From Nemertoderma westbladi (taxonomy: Eukaryota > Animalia > Xenacoelomorpha), in contig JAUCBJ010007985.1 of NCBI GenBank assembly GCA_032718475.1, forward strand, positions 93,567 to 157,566: 64,000 nucleotides of DNA, in the 5' to 3' direction. Made by a program: the position numbers and the translations under genes. The notes below the pieces were generated by a model that saw only the letters and a list, made by a program, of their open reading frames with translations, searched no databases and was not told where the DNA came from. Of the stretch, positions 1-11,260 are shown piece by piece (positions within the stretch are counted from its first letter, which is position 1; every line of letters starts with the position of its first letter).

Positions 1-3000
1 GTGGGTCCTTTAGGAGACAAAGTGGCCCTCGGTATTGGAAACCGGGTGAGGGGTACTGTGGATCCTTTAGGAAACAAAGTGGCCCTCGGTATTGGAAACA
101 GGGTGAGGGGTACTGTGGATCCTTTAGGAGACAAAAGTGACCCTCGGTATTGGAAACCGGGTGAGGGGTACTGTGGATCCTTTAGGAAACAAAGTGGCCC
201 TCGGTATTGGAAACCGGGTGAGTGGTACTGTGGATCCTTTAGGAGATAAAAGTGACCCTCGGTATTGGAAACCGGTTGATGGGTGCTGTGGATCCTTTAG
301 GAGACAAAGTGGCCCTCGGTGTTGAAAACCGGGTGAGGAGTGCTGTGGATCCTTTAGGAGACGAAGTGGCCCTCGGTATTGGAAACCGGGTGGGGGTGCT
401 GTGGATCCTTTAGGAGACAAAGTGGCCCTCGGTATTGGAAACCGGGTGAGGGGTGCTGTGGATCCTTTAGGAGACAAAGTGGCCCTCGGTATTGGAAACC
501 GGTTGAGGGATGCTGTGGGTCATTTAGGAGACAAAGTGGCCCTCGGTATTGGGAACCGGGTGAGGGATGCTGTGGATCCTTTAGGAGACAAAGTGACCCT
601 CGGAATTGGAAACCGGTTCAGGGATGCTGTGGGTCCTTTAGGAGACAAAGTGGCCCTCGGTATTGGAAACCGGGTGAGGGGTGCTGTGGGTCCTTTAGGA
701 GACAAAGTGGCCCTCGGTATTGGAAACCGGGTGAGGGGTGCTGTGGGTCCTTTAGGAGACAAAGTGGCCTTCGGTATTGGAAACCGGGTGAGGGGTACTG
801 TGGATCCTTTAGGAGACAAAAGTGACCCTCGGTATTGGAAACCGGGTGAGGGGTGCTGTGGGTCCTTTAGGAGACAAAGTGGCCCTCGGTATTGGAAACC
901 GGGTGAGGGGTGCTGTGGGTCCTTTAGGAGACAAAGTGGCCCTCGGTATTGGAAACCGGGTGAGGGGTGCTGTGGGTCCTTTAGGAGACAAAGTGGCCCT
1001 CGGTATTGGAAACCGGGTGAGGGGTGCTGTGGGTCCTTTAGGAGACAAAGTGGCCTTCGGTATTGGAAACAGGGTGAGGGGTGCTGTGGATCCTTTAGAA
1101 GATAAAGTGGCCCTCGGTATTGGAAACCGGGTGAGGGGTGCTGTGGGTCCTTTAGGAGACAAAGTGGCCCTCGGTATTGGAAACCGGGTGAGGGGTGCTG
1201 TGGGTCCTTTAGGAGACAAAGTGGCCCTCGGTATTGGAAACCGGGTGAGGGGTGCTGTGGGTCCTTTAGGAGACAAAGTGGCCCTCGGTATTGGAAACCG
1301 GGTGAGGGGTACTGTGGATCCTTTAGGAAACAAAGTGGCCCTCGGTATTGGAAACAGGGTGAGGGGTACTGTGGATCCTTTAGGAGACAAAAGTGACCCT
1401 CGGTATTGGAAACCGGGTGAGGGGTACTGTGGATCCTTTAGGAAACAAAGTGGCCCTCGGTATTGGAAACCGGGTGAGTGGTACTGTGGATCCTTTAGGA
1501 GATAAAAGTGACCCTCGGTATTGGAAACCGGTTGATGGGTGCTGTGGATCCTTTAGGAGACAAAGTGGCCCTCGGTGTTGAAAACCGGGTGAGGAGTGCT
1601 GTGGATCCTTTAGGAGACGAAGTGGCCCTCGGTATTGGAAACCGGGTGGGGGTGCTGTGGATCCTTTAGGAGACAAAGTGGCCCTCGGTATTGGAAACCG
1701 GGTGAGGGGTGCTGTGGATCCTTTAGGAGACAAAGTGGCCCTCGGTATTGGAAACCGGTTGAGGGATGCTGTGGGTCATTTAGGAGACAAAGTGGCCCTC
1801 GGTATTGGGAACCGGGTGAGGGATGCTGTGGATCCTTTAGGAGACAAAGTGACCCTCGGAATTGGAAACCGGTTCAGGGATGCTGTGGGTCCTTTAGGAG
1901 ACAAAGTGGCCCTCGGTATTGGAAACAGGGTGAGGGGTGCTGTGGATTCTTTAGGAGACAAAGTGGCCTTCGGTATTGGAAACCGGGTGAGAGGTACTGT
2001 GGATCCTTTGGGAGACAAAGTGGCCCTCGGTATTGGAAACCGGGTGAGAGGTGCTGTGGGTTCTTTAGGAGACAAAGTGGCCCTCGGTATTGGAAACCGG
2101 GTGAGGGGTGCTGTGGATCCTTTAGGAGACAAAGTGGCCCTCGGTATTGGAAACCGGGTGAGGGGTGCTGTGGGTCCTTTAGGAGACAAAGTGGCCCTCG
2201 GTATTGGAAACCGGTTGAGGGATGCTGTGGGTCATTTAGGAGACAAAGTGGCCCTCGGTATTGGGAACCGTGTGAGGGATGCTGTGGATCCTTTAGGAGA
2301 CAAAGTGACCCTCGGAATTGGAAACCGGTTGAGGGATGCTGTGGGTCCTTTAGGAGACAAAGTGGCCCTCGGTATTGGAAACAGGGTGAGGGGTGCTGTG
2401 GATCCTTTAGGAGAAAAAGTGGCCTTCGGTATTGGAAACCGGGTGAGGGGTGCTGTGGATCCTTTGGGAGACAAAGTGGCCCTCGGTATTGGAAACCGGG
2501 TGAGGGGTGCTGTGGGTCCTTTAGGAGACAAAGTGGCCCTCGGTATTGGAAACCGGGTGAGGGGTGCTGTGGATCCTTTAGGTGACAAAGTGACCCTCGG
2601 TATTTGAAACCGGGTGAGGGGTGCTGTGGATCCTTTAGGAGACAAAGTGGCCCTCGGTATTGGAAACCGGGTGAGGGGTGCTGTGGGTCCTTTAGGAGAC
2701 AAAGTGGCCCTCGGTATTGGAAACCGGGTGAGGGGTGCTGTGGATCCTTTAGGAGACAAAGTAGCCCTTGGTATTGGAAACCGGGTGAGGGGTGCTGTGG
2801 ATCCTTTAGGAGACAAAGTGGCCCTCGGTATTGGAAACCGGGTGAGGGGTGCTGTGGATCCTTTAGGAGACAAAGTGGCCCTCGGTATTGGAAACCGGGT
2901 GAGGGGTGCTGTGGATCCTTTAGGAGACAAAGTGGCCATCGGTATTGGAAACCGGGTGAGGGGTGGTGTGGATCATGTAGGAGACAAAGTGGCCCTCGGT

Positions 3001-3630
3001 ATTGGAAACCGGGTGAGGGGTACTGTGGATCCTTTAGGAGACAAAGTGGCCCTCGGTATTGGAAACCGGGTGAGGGGTACTGTGGATCCTTTAGGAGACA
3101 AAGTGGCCCTCGGTATTGGAAACCGGGTGAGGGGTGCTGTGGTTCCTTTAGAAGACAAAGTGGCCCTCGGTATTGGAAACCGGGTGAGGGGTACTGTGGA
3201 TCCTTTAGGAGACAAAGTGGCCCTCGGTATTGGCAACCGGGTGAGGGGTGCTGTGGGTCCTTTAGGAGACAAAGTGGCCCTCGGTATTGGAAACAGGGTG
3301 AGGGGTACTGTGGATCCTTTAGGAGACAAAGTGGCCCTCGGTATTGGCAACCGGGTGAGGGGTGCTGTGGGTCCTTTAGGAGACAAAGTGGCCCTCGGTA
3401 TTGGAAACCGGGTGAGGGGTGATGTGGATCCTTTAGGAGAAAAAGTGGCCCTCGGTATTGGCAACCGGGTGAGGGGTGCTGTGGGTCCTTTAGGAGACAA
3501 AGTGGCCCTCGGTATTGGAAACCGGGTGAGGGGTGATGTGGATCCTTTGGGAGACAAGGTGGCCCTCGGTATTGGAAACCGGGTGAGGGGTGCTGTGGGT
3601 CCTTTAGGAGACAAAGTGGCCCTCGGTATT
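1..3630. repeat. 57-bp tandem repeat array (consensus GTGGATCCTTTAGGAGACAAAGTGGCCCTCGGTATTGGAAACCGGGTGAGGGGTGCT), running off the window start
   Basis: 19-aa periodicity in the ORF track. Variant blocks recur at a 1256-bp offset (ORFs 124..477 vs 1380..1733; 137..325 vs 1393..1581). Confidence 0.97.
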
Positions 3631-4139
3631 TTGTAATTATGACAAAATTCTGGTCATTATTATCTCACAATTAACCAATAATTGTAAAGAGTTATGTAAA
3701 ACAGTCTTAAAATATCGTACCTAAGTCGTAAAGTACTTGGCTCTCGCCAATTATAGTATTTTAAATAGCATTAAATCGCGGCGGGTCAAAGGTCAAACAT
3801 GATGATATATTGGTCGTTAATTATATGATTTCCCATAACTTGTAAGAAAATAAGTTTTAATTAAAATTTTTGAACTTTTCTTACACTTTCCTAACATACT
3901 AACACTATTTTACAAATAGCACCAATCCATTTATCACAAATACTCACTCTAATTCTTATACTATTCCACGCTAGTATAAATATATGGGCTGCTATTATTA
4001 ATAAAATCCAACTCAACTTCTAACTTTTTACTTAATAAATTCAATGGTGAGTACTTAAATAATATTATTAGCTATTCTTTTTCAATCCTATAAAAGTTCT
4101 CAAACTTATTGTTTATTTAGTGTTTCTAAGCAACCGGTT

Positions 4140-4591
4140 AGACTGAGACGTAAACTGGGACCAGCTCGTGACGTTGAGCGGTTTAACTTCTTCGATACTC
4201 TCTCATCCTCCATCTACTACCACTCATCGGCTAACGTTACCACCGGGGGGCAGCCGAATAGCTACAGTACTGGTCGCCCGGGCAACGCCGGCTCGAGTAA
4301 ATATGACGAAAAACCGACGGGCGATGATGAAGTTGACGACGTTCTACCTCCGATTGTTTCGCGTTTCGGTGACGCGAAACGGCGGAGTCAAACGGAACGG
4401 CCGAGTCGGCGGGTTTCCAGTGTGGTTACCTCGGCAACAGCGCCCTCTCGACGAAGTCCGCGGCCCAGCCAGGTGGAGGTTCCGCGCCGTAGCGGTCAGT
4501 TAGCGGAGTGGTCGGGTTCCGACGCCATTCTAAAAACCAGAAAGGTTTGTTAGGAAACGTCGTTTGCGTCGGTTATAGTGTGGGGCCAGCC
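4140..4591 (-). mobile_element. CpG-rich fragment, possibly one end of a PIF/Harbinger-like DNA transposon
   Basis: GC/CpG-rich island in AT-rich DNA. The minus strand begins GGCTGGCCCCACACTATAACCGACG, which resembles Harbinger TIRs. No partner TIR or TSD found. Confidence 0.25.
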
Positions 4592-5023
4592 ACAAAGTCT
4601 ATAGTTGAGCCGTTGCGTAAAACGTTATAAATTTACCCCATAAGCGTGCGGGAAACATTTCCACTGGGGGTGGGGGGGGGGGGGGGCAAAGCCCAATTTT
4701 TCGCCCCTTTGGCCAATCCCCCCCCCCCCCCCCCCCCCCACAAAAAAATCAATAATATTTTGAAAATTATATAATTAATCTGTGGACATAATGCGGTGAA
4801 GTGTAGGGGCCACCAATAATATTAAATTATTATACATATACTGTATATATATTTATTGACTGAAGATATATTATTATATTGCACGTACAGTATAAAATAA
4901 CAAAATACGCAAGAAAATATATTACGGCAAGGGTGTCTCAGTCCAGAATTATTATCAGTCACATGAAGATCAATCACATCTACTGGACTACTATAGAAAA
5001 ACAAATAATACTTACGAGCACAT

Positions 5024-5656
5024 ATTACTACTACTACTACTAGGATCGGCATGCTGCATTGCAGCTGCATTTTTAAGAATGCTGTGCCGGCTTATCGACA
5101 AAATTGCACCGCCACAATTCCCTATCACCCATGACATTTGCTGGATCATCCGCATCTTCAAGGCCAGTGTCCTTTAAGATGCGTCTAAAGAAAGTCGTGG
5201 GCTGTCCACCATGCTTATTCACTCCATGAGGCTGCCAAAGTACAAGATTATGCACTGGTTGGTCCTCACGGCAAAAGCAATGTCCTGCAAAGCGGAGGCG
5301 ATTTTGTTCTAGTGTCAAGCTTGGGGGAACCAATGAGACACCTCCAATGTTATATAGTGTCTGGTTGGAGATGTGTGCATTGTACTTGACACAATGAACC
5401 CGGCGTAGCATTCTTGTGAATGTGCCATCCAGAGATTTGGCGTCCTCAGCAGTTAGAGCCAAGCATGCACTCCCATAGAGGAGTACTGGAACTACTGCTG
5501 CTCTAAATAATTGGACCTTAAGTTTCCGATTAATTCTCGGTGACTTCCAAATCCTGGAAAGCCTATTCAAGGCTGCCCATGCCTTTCCCTTACGTATTCG
5601 AAGGTCCTCACCTGACTTCCGGATCCATGATCCCAGGTAACAGAAGTCATCCACAT
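5024..5656 (-). mobile_element. RTE-clade LINE 3' fragment (C-terminal part of RT ORF plus (TAG)n tail), ending at the LTR at 5657
   Basis: ORF 5073..5693 has VDDFCYLGS...AWAALNRLSRIWKS...KLKVQLFRAAVVPVLLYGS...RLRFAGH...DRELWR. A short tandem-repeat tail lies at ~5024-5043. Confidence 0.85.
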
Positions 5657-7719
5657 TGTTACGGTATATGGCGCTGTACACATTATTAGCCATTATACAG
5701 TATAATATATTGGTCCATTATGCAGTATAATATATTAGTCCGTTATACTGTATGCAATATTAGTCCGTTGTGCAGCATAATATTTTAGATAAGGCATAAT
5801 AGCGCAGTGATATTTAGATAGGGAAATCGAAACGCCCATATATTTTGAATTCATCCATTTTGTATAGTATGTAGCCCTACCTACGTAATTTTGTATTAAG
5901 ATATAGGTAGATAGTTCCAGGGTAGCAAGTTCAGTTGGACCCTGGATATGTGCTTGCTGTTATTAGCTTCGATAGGGCTAGCATATAGGGACGCTATCCT
6001 GACCATTCCGCAGCCAGGGACATGATCCATTACCATATATGGTAATAATTTGAGGGTTTGGGAAGCAATAGGGCTACAATCCGGCCTTCTTATTGGACTA
6101 ACTGCTTCCAGGTTGGTCTAATGCTAGCGCGGACTGGAGAGCCAATAGGAGAGCGATTGCATCACCCTTATTGCATCACCCCACTCGGATCACCTATAAA
6201 TTGGCGGTTTGCCGGTAGAGCTGTACAACCTTACCCCTATTATCTCAGAGTACAATTTGTGCGTATTTTTCTGCATTTCTGCCCTTTGATTAATTTTTCT
6301 TGAAATGATTTGCAAATTTATAATTTCTGTTTGATTCTTGTTGTGTTTCTCAATCAATCTCAAAGATTACTGCTAATTACATCATGGAACTGTGATTTCT
6401 ACCCTTTAGTTAATGGTTCTATGTAATTTCTTTCGACGCAATAATCCTACGGGATTTCTGAGACTGTCAGACTTGTGATTTGCATGCGCCGCTACGGTAG
6501 TTAGTCAATAAATGGAGGGCTAAGGTGCCAGTAGGCGGTGGGCACATCGGGGGGTTGAGCGACTAAGGGAGAGCGGAGGATTCAAAGGCGGGCAACGCTG
6601 GCGGGGGGTCACCGTTGCGGTCGGGCAACTTGCGTTATAGAGGGGGCTATTTGCGTTGTAGCGGGCAGACAATCTGCTGGTACGGCAATTAGGGGGCTGA
6701 TAATCCAGGTCTTGTCTCTATTTAGTATTAGGGGGGCAGGAATTGGGTTAGTTAGGAAGCTTAGACGTACTGGGGAGAGGCCTGCGTGCTTTACAATAGC
6801 GAATAGCGAATAGCGGATAGCGAATTGCATGGCGAATTATATGATTGCGGATTGTATAATTGCAAGTTGTACTATTGTGATCTGTGATTGCTGTCGCTGA
6901 TTGGTGTGTTACTGAAGTGTGCCTATGATTACGAATGCTTAGGTAGGCGCCCTTTTCTTTGATTGATTTCTATTTCTTAGTTTACGATAAATGATTACTG
7001 ATTAGGTCAAAGTAATACGGCATTTTAGGCTATTACTAGCGAAACCTGTTGTGTAATAAATTAGAATTACGCATTCTGGAACTCTTAGTAATTAGTACGC
7101 TGTTACACATTTGTGACTGTAATTAATTAGTGAAATTAAGAATTAGTACGCAGCATAGCGGAGAGTAGATAGGTAATAATTTAGAGTACCGTAAACTATT
7201 CACGCTGAGCGGTTATTTGCATTAGCGGGCAATAAGCTAGATCGCAGTATTCAGTACGCAATTCGCATTAGTAAATTGCTGGCCTAAAGCCAGCCGCAGG
7301 CAAATTTAGACCCGGAAAGGTATCGCCCACGAAAGACATTGTACCATACCATTATTTGATTAATTTTAAATATTCTCGCATTCACACATTACGTTAGGGA
7401 ACCCCCAGTATTCGCGATTAGAAAAGACGTAGGCAATAGCGTGCTTCAAATAGTAGTAACATTAGATGTAAGAATATACTCTGAGTGCAAAGCCTCTCGC
7501 ACTCATCTTAAGTAAGCTTAGGGAGCCGACTCGGGTTTATTGTTTTGGTTGTTCCCGCGTGGCTCATAGATTCGAACAGTTAGCTCTCTGTCGAGCGATC
7601 GGTAGAGAAGGGAACAAGCGATTTTGCAGGAGCCGTGTAAATTTAGTAAATTATATTAGCGGACGGCAGATTAGCGCCATCCAACGGTAAGTAGCGGTTT
7701 TGTATTTAGCAGCCCTACA
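5657..7719 (+). repeat. 5' LTR of the BEL element (shared portion, ~2.06 kb)
   Basis: Starts TGTTACGG; identity with the 3' copy ends at CCCTACA. Only about 15 differences seen by eye. TATA-like CCTATAAA at ~6192 and AATAAA at ~6507. Confidence 0.9.
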
Positions 7720-7873
7720 ATTTAGTAATAGCACGCTACTGATTGCCTTTATTTAACAGTAGAGCAGTCTTTGTGTCTTATTGGTTAGGCGGGAATTCAT
7801 TAGGTTGACAGAGAAGTATACCCGTATTTGTCTGTCCAACAGTTCTGCTGTTAGTATAGGTGACGCGGTTGTT

Positions 7874-8055
7874 TATCAGTAAAGCACGTTTTGTTTTGCT
7901 ATGCTGCGTACAGTAAATACAAATTAGATTACTGTATTATTTACTGTTACTTCGTATCAGTAAAGCACGTTTTGTTTTGCTGTACTGCGTACAGTAAATA
8001 CAAATTAGATTACTGTATTATTTACTGTTACTTCGTATCAGTAAAGCACGTTTTA
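7874..8055. repeat. 81-bp tandem duplication (~2.2 copies) in the BEL leader
   Basis: TATCAGTAAAGCACGTTTT recurs at 7874, 7955 and 8036. Confidence 0.85.
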
Positions 8056-9238
8056 TTGGCTGTTGCTTGCAGCAGTCAAGAGTGTATTCTTAGGCTGATT
8101 AGTAGTATCACTGTTACTGCAGTAATTAAGTAATAAGTTAGAGCACGTGATATTGTCTGCTGTAGGCCATAGCGTACAGTAAGACATTGAGTGTATTCTT
8201 TCTTAGGCTGTTAGTTTAGATTACTGTATTCACTGGTTGCGTACAGTAGTACAGTAGTACATTAGGCTGATTGCTGTTACTGCGTACGGTAGAAGGGACA
8301 TTTGTTTTGCCGTACCACACACAGTATCATTAGGCTGTTAGGTTGGTGTACTGTTTTACTTACTGTACTGCATACAGTGGATGTATGGTAGTGCGTTTTT
8401 ACTAATTGCGAATACAGCAGTTCCTTAGGCCTTAGGGCGAATTGTAATTAGTAAGTTTTTTGAAAATTTTAGCTAGGTTTGCGAGAATTCAGTTTCGGTC
8501 AAAATTATTTGTAAAATTCTAGAGTTTTGTACCGGTATGTTAGGTAACCGCTTAGTTATTTTATACCATCTGGAGATACATGGCAAGACGGAACTTCTGA
8601 GTTTGGGGTTCGTGTGGGTCTGCGGGTTCGGTTTGCAATCAGCGAAGAGCCTGAATCTTTGGACGCGGACGTGGAATCTCACAGCAAACAAGGTTGGTTG
8701 TTCTGTTGGCACCATTGTGTTTGTGGAAGCAGTAAAAAATTATCGGTTGTTTAACTGCGAAGCTGAACTCAATTTATTAGTTAGGATATTTAGGTTTAGC
8801 CGGCCATGGTTTTTTGAATCGCTCAAGTTAGAGAGAGAGTTAGAGAGAGTCGCAACCCGAAGATGTAGCCACGCGCTAGTGGATACATATAATATTTGAA
8901 ATTAAAATTACGTTGATTAGAGCTATATATGCAAAATTGGAATTATTTGGGTGGCAAATTCATTCTGAATATTTTGTATTAGATTCAGAAATTATTTTGT
9001 GTCATACCGGTATTTAATTGCTATAATAGCTATATAATAATATTTTTGTTTAAATATTGTGCTAGTATTTGCTATAACTATACCCTATTAAATTCACAAT
9101 ATTGCATTGCGAATTTATTTTGACATTTTGGACCAACTGATTATTTGACAATTAATTTGACCGTATTTCGGTTAAATTATAATATATATCTCGAACTTTG
9201 CGAGATATTTTTGCCGGAAGGCAAACATTATTTAGACT

Positions 9239-11083
9239 ATGAGTGTCTCAGACAAGGAGGCACTAGAGGACAGCTATGAGACGGCGGCCGGACCGCCGAC
9301 TGACGATAGTGTCAATATTACTGTTGACGACAATGCCGACTATGACGACGCAGCGAGCGACGCTGACGTAAGTGAACAGGAGGACGAGACAGTAACTAGT
9401 GAGGAAGAACAGCAGCCTCAGGTAATAGTATTAGGATCCCCTACCACTACTGTAAGGAAGGATTGTACAGCAACCCGGACAGAGGTGAGTGATAGGGAGG
9501 GTAGTGTAGCAGAAGCGAGAGCCCGGAGCCCGGTTTCCAGACCTGTGGGTATGGTAAGTGCCGTGGTTCCAACGGCTGTTAGGAGTACCCGTAGTTCCCG
9601 AAATAATCCTTCAAGTCCACCGAGTGTGAGTCAGGTAAGCGAGAGAGAACTAGACATTGCGATAAAGAAGAAACTTCGTGCGCACGCCGGACATATAACT
9701 CGGACGACGGACAAGGTAAGGAAGATGTTAGCTGACTCAGCGAACATCGGGAGGGTAGAGTTAGTAGAGATTAGAAGAGGATATAACTCAGCGTTATTCA
9801 AGCAGACGGAGGAGCTTGCAGTCCTAGCGAAGAAGGTAGTAGAGTCTCAGTCGAGCGACGTGGCGACGAGGATTTACGACAGGGTTTTAGCAGCCTTGTT
9901 GGAGCACCGCGAGTTATCGGAGCGATTCCGGCGAGTTAGGACGGAGAACTGGCTGCTATGGGCATCACAAGCGCAGGCGACTCAGGTGAGTGACGTAGAG
10001 TTAAGAGACTTAGTGGAGCAGGAAGAGATCCAAGATAAGGAAGAGCGCCGTTATCAGAGGGAAGTTACTAGCTGGCTAATGCAGAATGGAGTATTGGTAC
10101 TGGGCCAGGTGCTACCGACGACGGAGAACATTCAACAGAGGACGTTGACTCCGCCCGATGACGCATCTAGAGACAGTGGCGATTCCCAGGTTAGTCACGC
10201 GCGAGGGAAGGTTATATGTGCTAGATCCCTTGTTTCTCACAACTCGGCGGAGGAGAGAAGACGCCGACTGGATGAACAACAGGCGGAAGTTTTGCGTGCA
10301 TCGGAAGCACGGAAGGAAGCCGAGCGGGAAAGGGAGCGAACACGTAAGTTAGACGCGAAGTTGTGCGAGCTGGAAGAGAAAGGTAAGCGTGAGCGAGCGG
10401 AACGCGAGCAGAAGGAAGGTGAACTTCAACTTGAACGTGAATGCAAGGAACGCGAACTCGAACTTGAATGCGAGCAGAAAGAACGCGAACTCCAGCTCGA
10501 ACGCGAACAGAAGAAACGCGAACTCGAACTTGAACGCGAACGTAAGGAACGCGAACTCGAGATCGAGAAAGAGAGACAAGCGTTGTATGAAGAAAAGGCG
10601 CGAGTGGAAGAAGAGAGCGCAGCGAGACGAGCGAGGGAAGAAGAAGAACGTAAACTGGCGCAGTTGGAAAGTGCGAGATTAAGTTTAGAGAGCGAAGAAC
10701 GGACTAGGAAGGCGAACGAAATCGCCGAGAAGGGGATGCGAATGATCGAAGAATGTGGGGCGAGTGTAGGGACCGAGTTGCGAGAACTGTTCGCACTGCA
10801 GAAGGCCGAACAGGAAGCGAGAACTCCAACTATACGCGAGTCGACGACGACCAGAATTCCTATACCCGGTCCAGCTATTACGAGTACACGGATCGCTAAA
10901 CCGTTCTCTACATATCGCACGCCAGTTGGTATTAGTGCTTCACCTATCGCACAGAATCCACGTCATCGGAACACCGCACCACTATACACCGAACGAGACA
11001 ACGGAGAGTTTAGAGAAACTCCGACGGGACGAGTATTGGGCGAACCGAACCCGCGGGTTTGGAATACGCGGACGGAGCGCTGA
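9239..11083 (+). CDS. gag: BEL gag N-terminal region (acidic and coiled-coil)
   Basis: 614-aa ORF with E/R/K coiled-coil repeats; open in the same frame past the TGA into the gag core. Confidence 0.75.
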   Translation: MSVSDKEALEDSYETAAGPPTDDSVNITVDDNADYDDAASDADVSEQEDETVTSEEEQQPQVIVLGSPTTTVRKDCTATRTEVSDREGSVAEARARSPVSRPVGMVSAVVPTAVRSTRSSRNNPSSPPSVSQVSERELDIAIKKKLRAHAGHITRTTDKVRKMLADSANIGRVELVEIRRGYNSALFKQTEELAVLAKKVVESQSSDVATRIYDRVLAALLEHRELSERFRRVRTENWLLWASQAQATQVSDVELRDLVEQEEIQDKEERRYQREVTSWLMQNGVLVLGQVLPTTENIQQRTLTPPDDASRDSGDSQVSHARGKVICARSLVSHNSAEERRRRLDEQQAEVLRASEARKEAERERERTRKLDAKLCELEEKGKRERAEREQKEGELQLERECKERELELECEQKERELQLEREQKKRELELERERKERELEIEKERQALYEEKARVEEESAARRAREEEERKLAQLESARLSLESEERTRKANEIAEKGMRMIEECGASVGTELRELFALQKAEQEARTPTIRESTTTRIPIPGPAITSTRIAKPFSTYRTPVGISASPIAQNPRHRNTAPLYTERDNGEFRETPTGRVLGEPNPRVWNTRTER

Positions 11084-11260
11084 CCCAGTTCGACGGAGAA
11101 CTTCCGGGTTAAACCGGAAGAGGGATCATATGAGAGACAGCGGATTACTCAGATAGAGCCGACTATACAACAGAACCCTAGCCAGGAATTTATTACGAGG
11201 GATGAGTTAAGTGCTAGTTTAGCGCAAGCTATATCGCCACACATCCAACCTATAACGGAC

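Noticed and set aside
1-3636. Long repetitive ORFs (VDPLGDKVALGIGNRVRGA; GCCGSFRRQSGPRYWK)
   Set aside because: The 57-bp unit is a multiple of 3 and open in several frames on both strands, and indels switch frames freely.
6058-6303. 81-aa ORF duplicated at 22506
   Set aside because: Lies inside the LTR; no recognisable motif.
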